DNA of 64,000 nucleotides from Eledone cirrhosa (taxonomy: Eukaryota), in the NCBI GenBank assembly GCA_964016885.1, contig OZ024740.1:119040001-119104000 (forward strand), written 5' to 3'. The notes beneath the pieces are model-generated. The model ran no database searches, was not told the DNA's origin, and was given only the letters and a program-made list of their open reading frames with translations. Below, one piece after another: positions 12,099-25,468 of the stretch; position 1 is the stretch's first letter, and each line of letters starts with the position of its first letter. The position numbers and the translations under genes are program-made.

Positions 12099-15000
12099 TC
12101 ATCATCATCATCATCATCATTTTACGTCCGCTTTTCCCTGCTTGAAAGGGTGGGACGGGTCTTATTCAGCACAGCATCTCTCCACTCGTCACGGTCCCTC
12201 GTCATCTCCACCGTGAGCTTCAATGATCTGAGGTCTGTTCTCACCACCTCCGCCCATGTTTTTCGTGGTCTACCTCTACCACGTCTTCCTTCAACTGGCA
12301 TTTCCTGGCACTTCTTCACCCATCGGTCATCCTCCATGCGCATCACATGTCCATACCACCTCAGTCTCCTCTCCCGTACACTACATTCTATCCCTCTCAG
12401 ACACAGTTTCTCTCTCAACACATTTATGCTGGGTCGTTCACGCACATTTACACTGCACATCCAACGGAGCATGCTTGCCTCATTTCTCTCCAGCCGTCGC
12501 ATATCTTCTGCGGTAGCTGCCCATGTCTCACTACCATGTAGCATCGCGCTCCTCACACAGGCATCATACAACCGGCCTTTCGTACGTAGGGAGAAACCCT
12601 TCTTCGTCAACAGAGGAAGCAGCTCCCTAAACTTCTTCCAACCCGTCCTTATTCTAGATACTATGGCCTCGGAACACCCTCCTCCCATGCTAATCTGATC
12701 TCCTAGGTACCGGAAGCTATCCACCACTTCTATAGCGCCCTCTCGCATTTGAAAAATGTGTTTATCAGTGCGACTTCTACTGTCTAATTTCCATGTACAT
12801 CTACTGCATACATATTTCTCCCTACCTGTTAGTTTGCCTGCTATCCCGCTACATCTCTTGTGTACCCAGGACCTACATTGTGTGCATTTTATAGAATTTA
12901 TGCCAATTCCTTTTCTGCATATCGAACATGGCCATTTCCCTGACGGAATCAGGGTTTTGTCCTCTTTTCTACTCATCAACACTTTTGTCTTAGCTAGATT
13001 TACTCTCAGTCCTCTTGCTTCCAACTGCTATTTCCATAGCCGGAATTTATTCTCTAGCTCCTCTACTGATTCTGCCATAAGAGCCAGATCGTCAGCATAG
13101 AGAAGTTCCCATGGACAGCCAGTCTTAAACTCCTTTGTTATGGCTTGGAGGACTATAATGAACAAGAACGGGCTGAGGACCGAACCCTGATGTACTCCTA
13201 CTTGTATCTGGAATTCCTCACTAAACTCCATTCCTACCCTGACTTTACTGAGAGTACCTCTGTACAAAGTTTGCACTGTCCTTACAAGCCATTCCTCAAC
13301 ACCCAGCTTCCTTAGGGACCACCAGATGACAGATCGGGGTACCCTATCAAAGGCCTTCTCTAGGTCAACAAAGGCTAAGTATAGTGGCTTATTCTTCTCT
13401 AAGAACCTCTCTTGCATTTGTCTCACCAAGAAGAGGGCATCTGTTGTACTCTTCCCAGGCACAAAACCAAACTGCATATCATCTAGTTTGACCCTTTCTC
13501 TAATTAGTTGTGCTAAAATCCTTTCTGCCACTTTCATAACCTGATCTATCAGTTTTATACCCCTATAATTGCTCCTCTCCAAAGCATCCCCTTTACCTTT
13601 GTAGCAATTTATGAGAATACTGCTGCACCAGTCTTTGGGTATGACACCACCATATATAGCCTGATTGATTATGCGTGCAACCAGTTTAGTGCCTACGTCC
13701 CCTGATGCCTTCAGCATCTCAGCAACTATTCCCGATGGTCCGGCCGCCTTACCATTTTTCATTTACCTAATCGCCTCTTGGACCCTATATTCGTCAATCT
13801 CAATAGCTGGTCCCTCTGTCGGATCTACCAATGGTAATTTCTCTCTCTCCCATTCGTTCTCCACATTCATCAGTCTCTCATAATGACATTTCCAGGCCTC
13901 CTTTTTCTGGTCATTCGTGACACTAAGTACACCGGCATCATCCCGGACACATTTATCACCAACAACATCCTGATTTGCATTGACACACTGCCTTGCAATG
14001 TGGAACACCGCACGCCTCTGATCTTCCCGTCGCAGAACATTGGCAAACCTCCTACTCTCTGCCTCCCTGCGTGCTAAGTACACCTGACGTCTAGCTTCTC
14101 TCTTAGTGGCTGTATATTCTTCCCTACTACCACCCTTATTCCAAGCCTTCCATGCTAGTCTTTTGTCTCTAATAGCCTTATCTACACTGCTGTTCCACCA
14201 CCAGAGCTCCAACCACAGTAGTTTCATCAGTAGCCTTCAGCAAGTTGTCACGTAAGAACTTCCAGTTATTATCTATGTCATACGTCTCTAAATCGTCTTC
14301 TTTTTCGTCATATACATCTTGAAGGGCTTTCCTAAATTTGAATTTTAGTGAAAGGGCTTTTAGCTTCCAGACCTTTCTTCTCCACACCTTCCTATATGTC
14401 TCATTCCATCTCTTGCTTTCTGAGATATCACTAACAACTAACCTATGCTGTGGGGTACATTCTTCCCCAGGGTATGCCTTGGTATTAGACACTATCTGCC
14501 TGTCCCGCTGCCTAACTAGCAGGAAGTCAATCTGGCTTATGTGCTCACCAGATTTGTAGGTTATTAGGTGATTGGCAGGTTTCTGGAAGTTTGTGTTGCA
14601 AATAGTCAATGTACTTGCATCACAAAATTCAAGAAGTCTCACTCCTTCTTCATTTCTTGAACCGTAACCGTGCCCACCATGTACCCCAGTGTAACCATCC
14701 TGGAGCTGTCCAACATGACCATTGAAGTCTCCTGCTAGCATAACGATGTCTCCATCCTCTGTCATTGTGGTTGTTTGCAAAAGTTGCTCATAAAAGCAGT
14801 CTTTCTCATCTTTGCCTAGGCCTGCTTGGGGAGCATAGACTGAGATGATTGTCAGTAGTCTCCTACCTACAACTAATCTAAGCTTAATTATTCGATTACT
14901 AACTCGAACTACCTCTATTGTCTTATTGATCCATTTCTCAGCCAGGAAAATGCCTACTCCCCCTAACCCATCATCCTTACCTACCCAGAATAGCTTATAG

Positions 15001-15357
15001 CTAAGACGCTTGCCTCCGACTAGTCTCGCAGAGGCACCTCTCCATCTCACCTCTTGCACGCAGCACACATCCACCTGCCTTCTCTCCAGCATCTCCGCTA
15101 TTTCAGCAGATCTACCTCTGAGAGTGCCAACATTAAGTGTTGCAACTCTGAGATGCAACGTCTTCATATTTTTCTATGCTGTTTTGTTGCTGTGCTGATA
15201 AGCTTTTTGGCATTGATACACTGGTTGGATGCCCTTCCTAACACCAGCGCCACTTTACAGCATGGACTGGGTGCTTTTATTTGTGCCACCAGCACTAGAG
15301 AGGATGTCTTACTAGACTCAAGGGCCCTCTCTACCCCTCCATTTTACAGCATGGTCA
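12096..15357 (-). mobile_element. RTE family B, essentially full-length (5' UTR, APE-RT-PHD ORF, (TGA)n tail)
   Basis: ORF pieces 14178-15167 (APE), 13763-14227, 13028-13762 (RT, YADD) and 12122-13024. The 5' end at ggtcat (about 15357) matches the 5' end of the copy at about 52663. Confidence 0.96.
12122..15167 (-). pseudogene. RTE family B polyprotein with few disabling lesions
   Basis: Stops at 13025-13027 and 13763-13765 (Lys codon in the 50.9-kb copy) and a small deletion/frameshift near 14210. Confidence 0.88.
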
Positions 15358-15382
15358 TTAAAAGAAAAAAAAAAAAAAAAGA

Positions 15383-16365
15383 AGGATCTGGTGGGAATTC
15401 CATAGTATGTATGAAATGTAAACTATGGATACATAAGAGATGTAGTGATATCTTAGGGTGGTTAACAAAAATGTAAACTTTGTATGTGGCAGATGCACAG
15501 GATCAGTAAGCAGCATGAACACATGAAACAAGCACTATAAAATACTCAGATGGCTCCTTGGAAATAGTTGACAGTCTTTGTTACCAATGTGATTTAATCA
15601 TCAGAGGACGTTGATGGTATGACAATAAAGTAGCTAAAATGAGAAGTGGGTGAAAGAAGTTCAAGGAACTAGTACCTCATACTGAAAAAAGGAATCAATG
15701 AAGCCTATGTTAGAACTACAATGCTGCATTGAAGTGGGATTTGGGCCTAGAATGCAGAGGGTATGTGAGGAATAAAAAGAAATCAGGCAAACATGCTGCA
15801 ATGGATGTGTAATATCAGCATGCATGAAGGACAAAGCACCAATGAACAAAACGAAAAGCTGAGTATAAGTGTGATTGGAAGCAGTATACAAGAGAGAAGA
15901 CTGCAGAAGTTTGGACATGTGATGCATATAAAGAATGAAACCAGCCTAAAGAATTGCAGTGCATTCAAATGTGATGGAACATGTGAAAGAGGAAGACCCA
16001 AGACAATTTGAGATGATGTGATACAGGCTGATCTTATGCAACTGAATCATGTGAAGGAGTTGGTGTTTTAATGAAGTAGTGCTGGTGCCACAATAGAAAG
16101 CAGCCCACACTGTAAAATGATATTTCAGATGCAATGATATAGAGCATCAAGTCTAACCTGTAAGGCGGTAGTGGTGGAGTCACAAGAATATGCTCTTAGT
16201 GCTCACTGTAAAATGGTTGGCATTAGAAAGATCATCCAGCCATATAAACCAAGCCAAAAACAGAAGTTATGAGCAAGACACATGATCACCTGAACTCTCT
16301 AGCTTCAGAACGTAGCAAACTATCTAAACCATGCAAGCATACAACATAGATTTTCAACGATGATT
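15383..16365 (+). mobile_element. Decayed RTE 3' fragment
   Basis: GGNSIVCMKCKLWIHKRCS, QERRLQKFGHVMH and GRPK remnants, 3' UTR module and GATGAT tail. Confidence 0.85.
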
Positions 16366-16770
16366 ATATATATATATATAAGATCATGTTCTTAAAGTTA
16401 TGAGGTTCTAACTACCCTTGCAATATTATTTTTTTTAAATTGTTTATCAAAATTAATAATAACATATCTAATATATGCTAAGATAAGGCAACCTGAATAA
16501 AGTTGCCAATTATTCAATAATGCATAAGAAGGGGAAAAAACGATTTGAAACAAATATCAATTTCTTACTTGAAACAGGAGCATGAATGGAACAAACATAG
16601 AAAATGCAACAATATATAATTTATTTCACCTCTCAGTAAAAATATAATATCAAATATTGCTCCAAATGTTTAATGATAACATTACCACAGTGTGACTGAG
16701 AAAACATCCCTATATAAACTCATATACAATATTTTTACATATCATAAACATATAATTTGTTGTGTTGTGA

Positions 16771-18350
16771 GCAGTAGTGTGCAGGGGGAGACAAAGGGTG
16801 TGGCAGTCCTGGGCTTCCATAACAGGGCGGGCATACAACTAAAGAGTCACACAGGGCTCCCCATTCAATGTGGCTACTGAATGCAACACCCACCTGTCAA
16901 ATTCCCATCTAAAATCTCCACTTAGCTTCCTGTCCAGATCAAAAAGCTGAGAAATGTATTAACTTGAAATTTGATGCTTATGCTTAAGACAAATTTAGGC
17001 ACTGAGGTGTATGCCTTTTCATCTGCCTTGTCAATTAGCACATCATTCAAGGTAATCAATACACCACATAACATGTTATTTCTACATTCATTTTGCACCT
17101 GGTTCAATTACCTCCTTCTAATTGTGTATACAGAAATGCAGATGTGCCCACAAAGCAAACAAGACAGCAACAGCCCATACCAATCACTGTTACACTCACG
17201 TTAATGAAATTGAAATTTTAATTCCAACCAGTCACCAATCCTCTGAGAAAATAAAATGAACAACAACATAACATCATTTTACTGGTGTTAAGTGGAAAGT
17301 GAGGATAATATTTAATTAATGTATGTTGATGTCACACGAACCAGACAGCTTAATAGTCACTTTGGCCTATATCTATGCAATTGAGGTAAAACCTGTTACA
17401 TTTTCATGGAGTTCTTGAAAAAAAAAATGTTTATTTCTTTGCTCTATATCCCTCTGATTGGGAAGTGTTAAAATCATTTGTCTATCAGACTTACAAAAGA
17501 CAATGCAATACAAGTTGGGAGTTCCCACCATGAATGCTGTTTCAGTTATCCATGAAGATTTTAACAAAACTATCGCAAGCTTTGAAACTGGCTAAGAACT
17601 TTTTCTAGGGAGACCAAATCCGATGCAGGATTGCTTCTGAGCTCTATTCAATAATTCCTGTTTATATCTTTATTCAATTATTAGTACCAAATTTTATCAT
17701 CAGTGAGGAAAGTTTCAAAACCTTTGTAAGATCCCAAAATGGGATTTTACAAAATTTCTTGTGATCTGAAAGAGATTTTTCATATCTTGAATTTGAAAAA
17801 TGATGAAATCATTCACAATGCAATACATTCAGCTAATGAATATTGAGAAAACGGGGAATAACAATTGCCTGATCAAGGAGAAGAATGTTGCCTGGAGAAT
17901 CAGCAGGAGATATTGGACTGACAACATGTAATGAATAGAGTATAGGTCATGAACCAATAAAAAATGGAAATTAAAGACCTCACTGTTCACCTTCAAGACT
18001 TAAGAAACCGATTTTCATTTTTTGTGAATCTTAATTCAGTTATAATTGAAGATGAACAAGAAAAGGAGATTAAAAAAGGAATGTTCACACATTGCAAATT
18101 ATTATGAAACTGGTATGCGAGCCATTCATTTATATGATGAAATTATTCACTTTGTTATGTTCCTTGAAGCTGGAGGAAACAAAATTTCCTCAGGTCCTGA
18201 AGATGCTCTAGAATTTTTACTGCAGTTTGGAAGGGATATTTTTCTGACAATGTAGATTGCATACATATTAATGCATACCATAGTATTCTCAGCTGCATAC
18301 TGTCAAAGGTCATTTTCAAAACTGAAATTAACAAAAACATATCTTAGGTG
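16771..18350 (+). mobile_element. hAT-superfamily DNA transposon remnant
   Basis: C-terminal dimerisation motif CQRSFSKLKLTKTYLR at about 18300-18348, decayed coding sequence from about 17280, and a GC-rich TIR-like start CAGTAGTGTGCAGGGGGAG at 16771 (left boundary uncertain). Confidence 0.65.
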
Positions 18351-18351
18351 A

Positions 18352-19085
18352 AACTATTCCATCAAGGGTGCACACTGTCATCCCTCCTATTCATAATCTT
18401 CATAGACAAGATTGCAGCCAGGTTAGGAGTGGTATTGAGACTGATGGGTGTTGGATGAGTCAGCTAGAATGTGTAGACAAAATGGGACAACTTAACTTGT
18501 CAGATGGTGATCTGTGACATGCACTTAATAGATTTGTGGCTGAGTGCTGCACAGCAGGAATGAAAATCATTGCTGTGAAGACTGAAACAATTGTTCTCTC
18601 AAAGATGCCTGCAAAATCTACTCTACATGTGAATAGAGTTTCACTGAAGTAGGGGCCTTGTTCATGAGTGATTTAAGGCTGGTTGGTTGAATTGCAAGAG
18701 CTGGTGTAGTATTGAGCCAGCTTCAGCATCCAGTTCAGAAAAAGGGAGATAGGTGTCAAAGCCAAATTTGCTATCTTCAATTTAGTATTTGTGTCAACCC
18801 TTAATTATGATAATTTATTTTGGTTAACGACTGAAATAATATGATTGGGAATACAAACAGTTGAAATGGGGTTCTTCTGAAAGGGATTTAGAGTAATGTT
18901 AATTTATGGAGTGCATAACTTGGAGATCAAATTATTGCATCAGGTAGAACTGCAATTTCTCCAAATTGAGAGATTGGGTGAAGAAGAAGAAGAAGAAGAA
19001 GAAGAAGAAGAAGAAGAAGAAGAAGAAGAAGAAGAAGAAGAAGAAGAAGAAGAAGAAGAAGAAGAAGAAGAAGAAGAAGAAGAAG
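18352..19085 (+). mobile_element. RTE family C (Expander/BovB-like) RT fragment ending in (GAA)n
   Basis: FHQGCTLSSLLFIIFIDKI and GMKIIAVKTET; homologous to 37380-38416; (GAA)n at 18980-19085. Confidence 0.8.
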
Positions 19086-20264
19086 ACCTTAAGGTGTTCT
19101 ATGTCACAGGGATTGACCAACCAGCTTTGCTTTAATCAGTATTAAGAAATAATTCCTCACAGCTGATATAAAATTGAAGTGATTTTTGACAGAAAATTTC
19201 ATTTGGGGAACTGAAGTTAATAGATATTTAAAATTAACATGAATGAAATGTTTATTTCAAGTTTCACCTGATTTTATATATCCAAAGTGTCTTTCTTGCT
19301 CACATTTCTCAATACTAGGACATATACCTGAGTTTTAAGGGCATACAATCAACGATTTGGCTCCAGTCCTCATCAAAACTCTGCACACCATTGGTTATGA
19401 ATAGTTAGGCTGGGAATATATCAACAGCAATTATTCTGCAGCCAGGATAAAAACAGCAAATGCATTTCACATTTGTTATAGTGTATTATGATGTACTTAT
19501 GTATGTCTGGATGTGTGATTTATAAATGACAATATCTATTTTTTATTAATGATAGCACTAACACAGCATAAAACCTACATAATGGCTGTATCTGGGTTTT
19601 GAGAATCACCATATCTTGACCTATTTCTCATATATTGGTGACATGAACATGACATTTTAGTTCCGTCAAGGACTTAGATTTCTTTCTGCAGATGCTGCAA
19701 TGAAAGAAAAAGAAAAGTCCATGCACACAGAATACTCAGGAAATTCATTTAGATCAAGTAAAATCTGTGTTTGAAGCTCTTTTAACTGAAGAGAGGCCTT
19801 GCACTGGACTAAAATCACATTCTGAACAACAGTGACAGGTAACCAAAGAGAACAGGTCCACATCATTGGCTGCCATTGAGTAACAGGTTTTAAATCAGAG
19901 TTTTCCTTCTCCTAGAATAGGGGTCTCTCACATTCAGCCACTAGATCAAGTATTTTCATATCTCCACACATACATACATACATACATTAATACTTACATT
20001 AATACTTACATATACACAATACATATGTGTATATATGCACACAAACACATTAACACATGATTATGATCAAGTTAGAGCCCTATTATATTTACTGAATAAT
20101 TCTTTGTGTTTGGTTTGTTAGGATAGTATTCCTAAATCCACGAATCTATGAAGTTTTTGAGACTGTCACTATAAGAATATTAATAAGGTACACTGCATAT
20201 GTGATCTACAGTGGTCATAAAGGATAATGGGAGTATGAGTAAAATCATAGACGCCGATTTAAAA

Positions 20265-20420
20265 CACTAACCCCAACCCTATACCTAAATATAACCCTTA
20301 GACTACTATAACCTTAACCTTAACACTAACCATAAACCTAACTTTAACAGTAACTCAAAAACTAACCTTGACTCTAAACCTAAATATAAACATAATCTTA
20401 GCCCTAACACTAACCCTATA
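20265..20420. repeat. Degenerate (TAACCC)-like hexamer array (telomere-like)
   Basis: Regular 6-bp register: taaccc caaccc tatacc taaata taaccc ... tagccc taacac taaccc. Confidence 0.65.
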
Positions 20421-20669
20421 TATAAACAATATCTTCTGAATACACACTCACCTTTACACACAACATATTACTGCTATATAATGACTAATTCCACTCACTA
20501 ATTATTGACAACACCAAACCTAAACACTACACATATACATATAAATAGATCTATGTATGGTTTGAGCTTGCAGTTTGGAAAGGCACTATTGCTGAAATTC
20601 TGAAATGATTTCCACATTTTCTTTGGAAAATAAAAATTTATATTCTGCTCACATGTATTGTGTACTAGT

Positions 20670-20850
20670 TCAGTTGTTAGACTTATGCATTGTGTTCTTG
20701 AGCAAAATACTTTATTTCGTATTACTATAGTAAACTCAGCTGAGAGTCAGTATCAGAAGTAGCTGGGAGTTAATCCTGTGATAGGCTGGCATCCTATCCA
20801 GGCACTTAGTGCCATGGAAACCAGGAATAAGCACTGGCCTGATATACCTT
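20670..20850 (+). mobile_element. Decayed CORE-type SINE (S2)
   Basis: TGTGTTCTTGAGCAAAATACTTTATTTC core and ...GGAAACCAGGAATAAGCACTGGCCTGAT tail. Confidence 0.6.
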
Positions 20851-22299
20851 CAGCTTAGAACAGATTTTAATTTAACTTGATATATATGTGTGTGTATTAC
20901 ATGTATGTATGTACATGTGTTTGTTTGTATATAAATAGATAGAAACATATTGATAGAAGTGCGCGCACACACACACGTTTGTTCAATGATGGTAAAGTAC
21001 AAACAAATTTCATTATACCCAATATTAAATAACTTGCACACAGATAACTGTGTATCTATTCAAGTAAATGTATGTATGTATGTATGCATGTATGTATGTA
21101 TGTATCCATGTATGTATGTGTGTTTGTATGAAAATATTTATGTGTGTGTGTATTTCTTTGTATGTGTGTGTGTATGTTACCTATATTTAAAGTCATATTT
21201 CATTCTTTTTGCCTTTCAGCACTACTTTCTATATCTCAAAAAGACACTAATAACATATCTACTATTTAAACCTAACTTACTCCTTATTCTATACAATCAA
21301 CTATATAGAAATATCATACATTCAAAACACAATAAACTTAATGCATTTTTAACGTACATTATATTGGAAGCTATGTAGCATTAGAGATATATATTTTTTA
21401 CTGTTCTATTTATTCTGAAATTCAAACATATACCATACTCTACATTTCTTCATAATCATATATCCATTTGTATACAATGCAATACAGTACAATGACCACC
21501 AGTTCCTTCCAACAGCATTGCACACAAGCAATACATTTTTCTCTCACTTTGTAATTAAGAACCATTAAAGATCGATGCCTCATTTTTTTTTTCTTCAGCT
21601 GACATCAGTTTTATTAATTCCAAGTTGTCACTGCTACAACAGCCATTAGTTTTAAATCAATAAACTTCACTGAAATTTTTTAAATTCTTTCTATTTTTCT
21701 ACAATTTTGCTTTTTTAAAATCTCTTATATTTCAATTTATTTTATTTTTCTCATATTATTGCTGTATTTGTTATATTTCCTTTTTACTTTTGCTTCCTTT
21801 TGTAGGAAATGATTCTTCAACCTAGTTGGTGGCTGGCCACCAATTTTCTTTTAATCTTTTTTCTATATTTCTCTGGATAAATTACATTTTGCTTCCTGTT
21901 GCTGTTACAGTATGGTTTTCTTTTATTATTATTGATGTGTTTGTTATTCCATAGATACATACACAAACACACCAGCAGATAGAGACTTATACACGAGTCC
22001 CTTTATCAATTAAGTTGAAGGCCAAATAGAACATTATACTTTCATTTTGTATTTAAAATCAAGTAAGATTTGTAGTGCTCAACCTCCTGTAAGCAATATT
22101 CCAATGTGAGAGCATTTAAGCAATAGAAGAAACCTGATAGAAATAGCAACCAAATCCTCTCAAATCACACTATGTTATCTTTTAAAAAAAGGATACATAA
22201 AAGATACACAGAAATTCCAAACGTACAATATTGTAATACTTATAATGATATGTCAGTTTTATCAGGGCTGACTTGGTAATAAATAACAACAATAATGTC

Positions 22300-23660
22300 T
22301 AGATAGAAAGACTGTGACAATTATATCTGCATATGCACCACATTGAGGACTACCAGATGTACTAAAAGACGATTTTTATGAATCCCTAATACAGACTACT
22401 TCTCTAGTAAATGACAAGGAGCTATTAATCATAGCAGGAGACTTTAATGGATACCTTGGACATGAGATGTAGTGGGACCTCAGGTTGGTTAGCTAAAAAC
22501 GTAGGTTTTACTTGGGGTCGTTTCACAGAGGGCAGTAAGTAACAAACCCTCACAGGAAACAAATGCTATCAAATTCTTGGAAGGTTCTGTAGAAATAGTT
22601 GACAGCTTCTTTTACCTGGGTGACCAAATTAGCAGTGCAGTTAGGTGTTCTGAAAGTAACATAGCCAGGGAGAGAACGGGATGTAAAAGGTTCAGGAAAC
22701 TTCTACTACTGCTAGCTACAAAAAGTTTTTCCTTTAAAATGAAAGGCAAATTATATGATGCATATATATGAACAGTAGTATGACATTGTAGTGAAACCTG
22801 GGCGATATGTGCAAATGACCTGCAAAGATTGAAAAGAAATGAAGCTTGCATGCTATGATGGATGTGTACTAGTATTAAACATGAACAGCAAGCATAAAGG
22901 AACTGAGAGAGTGACTGGTCATAAGAGGTATCAGATGCAGTGTTCAAAGAAGAATGCATTTCTATGGATATGTGATGCATATGAAGGATGACAGCTGTAT
23001 TAAACAAATGTAGGGTCCTCAAAGTTGATGGAAGCTATGGAGTAGGAATACCCAGGAAGACTTGAGATGAGGTGATAAAAGCTGACATTGCACAATTACA
23101 CATTTCAAAGTTGATGACACAGGATTGAGATCCTTGGCATTTGCAGTAGTACCGAGGACCTGCCTTCTCATGTGCACAGGTTGAAGTATGCATCTAGTAT
23201 TCATTACTCTCCCTTACCTCCTCTTTCCATACATCTCCAATGCTCTAACATCCCCCTTGATCCACCCTCATCTGATAAGTGCACCACTCTATAACTACCT
23301 CTCTAATTTCCATGCAACTGCCCCACGCCAGTCCACACTGTAAAGTGTTCATGTAGATGTCATGACAAAAAGCACCCAGTTCACTGTAAAATGGTAATGT
23401 TGGTGGCACAACAAAAAGCACCCAGTCCAAACTGTAAAGTGGTCAATTTGGTGCCACAGTAGAAGCCACCCAGTCCACACTATATATGTGGTTGGTGTTC
23501 GGAAGGGCATTTATCCATAAAAACCAAGCCAAAATTGGTCCAGTTTAAGCAGAAGACAGTCATCTGCTCCAGGTTGGCTCGCATTTGGACAACTTGTCTA
23601 ACCCATGGTAACATTAAAAAATGGACATTAAACTGTGAGGATGATGATGAGGATGATGAT
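22300..23660 (+). mobile_element. Internally deleted RTE (family A-related)
   Basis: APE piece (TIISAYAPH...IIAGDFNGYLG) joined at about 22460 directly to the post-RT region (ERCSG, VDSFFYLGDQI), then 3' UTR modules and a GAT tail. Confidence 0.85.
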
Positions 23661-24099
23661 AAGTATTTTAAGTATCAACATAAAGCATGCTGATTGACAA
23701 ATAGACCAGTACCCTATGAACACAGATGCTGTGTAGACATTAAACAACTCTCTTGCTAACACAAGAGGAATGTTTCAGCATTAATTGAAAACATTGTCAC
23801 TTGTAATATTACCGTTACGTTATGCTGTTAGAGCTCAACAATTTACAATAACCCTTAACACATTTCAGTGTATTTTGAGACAATGGATGACTGGCCAAGA
23901 TCGGTGAGTGGAAAATAGCTTTAAGCATAGTAGGTTATTTACATGTGACAGTATAAAGGTTTCTTTTACTCTTTTATTCTGGTAATAGTTTCAATCATAA
24001 ATCATGCTGGTACAATAACTATAAAGACTTTAGTACATTATATCTTTAGCTCACACTAGCATGAACCTTGTGAGACAAATAAATTTAATTTATGCACAT

Positions 24100-24136
24100 T
24101 CACACATACACACAGGCATATATATATATATAGACT

Positions 24137-24233
<97 letters not shown>

Positions 24234-24250
24234 GAGAGAGTGTGTGTGTT
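24100..24250. repeat. (CA)n-(TA)n-(TG)n microsatellite
   Basis: Directly visible. Confidence 0.95.
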
Positions 24251-24403
24251 AATGTGATTACTGCTATTTGATTAGCTGCTTAAGTGCAACAAATACATAA
24301 ATAAAAATCTTTCCTGTACAGGTGTAGGATTAAATGTCTGTCAGGGAATATAGTGTAAAAGATTGTTTCCTTAAATTTCTTCCAGTAGCAGGATCATTAT
24401 CAT

Positions 24404-24800
24404 AATATTGTTTCTACTTTTGGCAAAAGGCCAGCAATTATCCCAGTGCATTGCTGGTGCTTTATTTTATCGACCCCATAAAGATGAAAGGCAAAGTTAA
24501 CCTTGGCAGGATCATTATCATAATATTAACGATAGCATTGATAATGATAACAGGAGAGATGATAATGACAATGATATCACCATTATCATTTCCCTCATTA
24601 TCAGGGCAGTGCATTGTTAGTATCGGTATTTAGTTATGACATCTTAAATTCTGAGTTCAAATTGTGGCAAAGTCAACTTTGCCTTTCATCTTTCTGGGGT
24701 TGATAAAATAAAGTACTGGTTAAGTACTGAGGTTGATATAATTGACTTTCTCTTTCCCTCAAATTAATGGCCTGGTGCCAATGTTAAAATGAATTATTCT
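24404..24800. mobile_element. Two S1 SINE copies in opposite orientation (24404-24510 minus; about 24600-24800 plus)
   Basis: S1 motifs GGCAAAGTTAACC and CTGAGTTCAAAT...GTCAACTTTGCCTTTCATC. Confidence 0.8.
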
Positions 24801-25218
24801 TTTCATTCCTTTTCACTTCACCTCTCCTTCCTCCTCCTCTGCTTTCTGTACCTATGCCATCACCTCCCCATCATCATTTCAGTGTTGCTGTCATGGCAGA
24901 ACATCTACTGACAATTTGATGTTCTTCAAATAATGGTGGGGCTTTCAGTGATGAAGGCAATGATAACAACAAAGACTGTAAGAAACAAAACTGCCTGCTC
25001 CAAAGCTAAAATCTAGTGAATCAACTGATATAATGCCAAAAGTGAAACTAATTACCTTTTTATACATAAAAATATCTAAAAAGAAAACAGAAAAACATTA
25101 TGAGAAATGTTGATGACAATACGTATCAGATGATGTTTAATATAATACCATAGATAGAATATTTTTTAAAGAAAAACAACAGCAATAACATCATCAAGCT
25201 TACAAAAATATCTAAGTA

Positions 25219-25440
25219 AATTAACCTCGAGTTAGAAGCTTCAACACATATCTTCTTTTAATATGAAAATAGTCTAACAAATTGTGGATAAAGTTGACAG
25301 CATCACCCTTGGGACTCGAAGTCCCATGGGCAATGCTGTCAACTTCTTTTCCATCCAGGGTCTTTTTTGCCCAATTTGTTAGACTATCTTCACAGTAAAA
25401 AACAAATATGTGCATTGAAACTTCTAACTCTTGGTTAATT
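25219..25440 (-). other. Long imperfect RNA hairpin pairing the candidate exon with downstream intron
   Basis: Arms pair from AATTAACC/GGTTAATT inward to GGGAC-ttcga-GTCCC; transition mismatches read as G-U on the minus strand. Confidence 0.85.
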
Positions 25441-25468
25441 TTCAATAAATTATAACCACTCAACGTTT
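25307..25468 (-). CDS. Candidate internal coding exon of an unidentified host gene (162 nt, phase 1-1)
   Basis: Acceptor ctatttttag (AG at 25470-25469), open frame (E)TLSGYNLLKINQELEVSMHIFVFYCEDSLTNWAKKTLDGKEVDSIAHGTSSPK, donor G|gtgatg at 25306. Length is a multiple of 3 and the sequence is non-repetitive. Confidence 0.5.

Noticed and set aside
15330-15360. Twister-like GTAAAATGGAGGGG at the 5' end of family B (also about 52640-52663)
   Set aside because: The upstream part is too short and the GGUCCCAAGCC-type loop is absent; it is better explained as the CCAT/ATGG hairpin module.
18896-19135. Poly-E/poly-F ORFs (also poly-K and poly-S at 38008-38599)
   Set aside because: They come from the (GAA)n tails of RTE family C.
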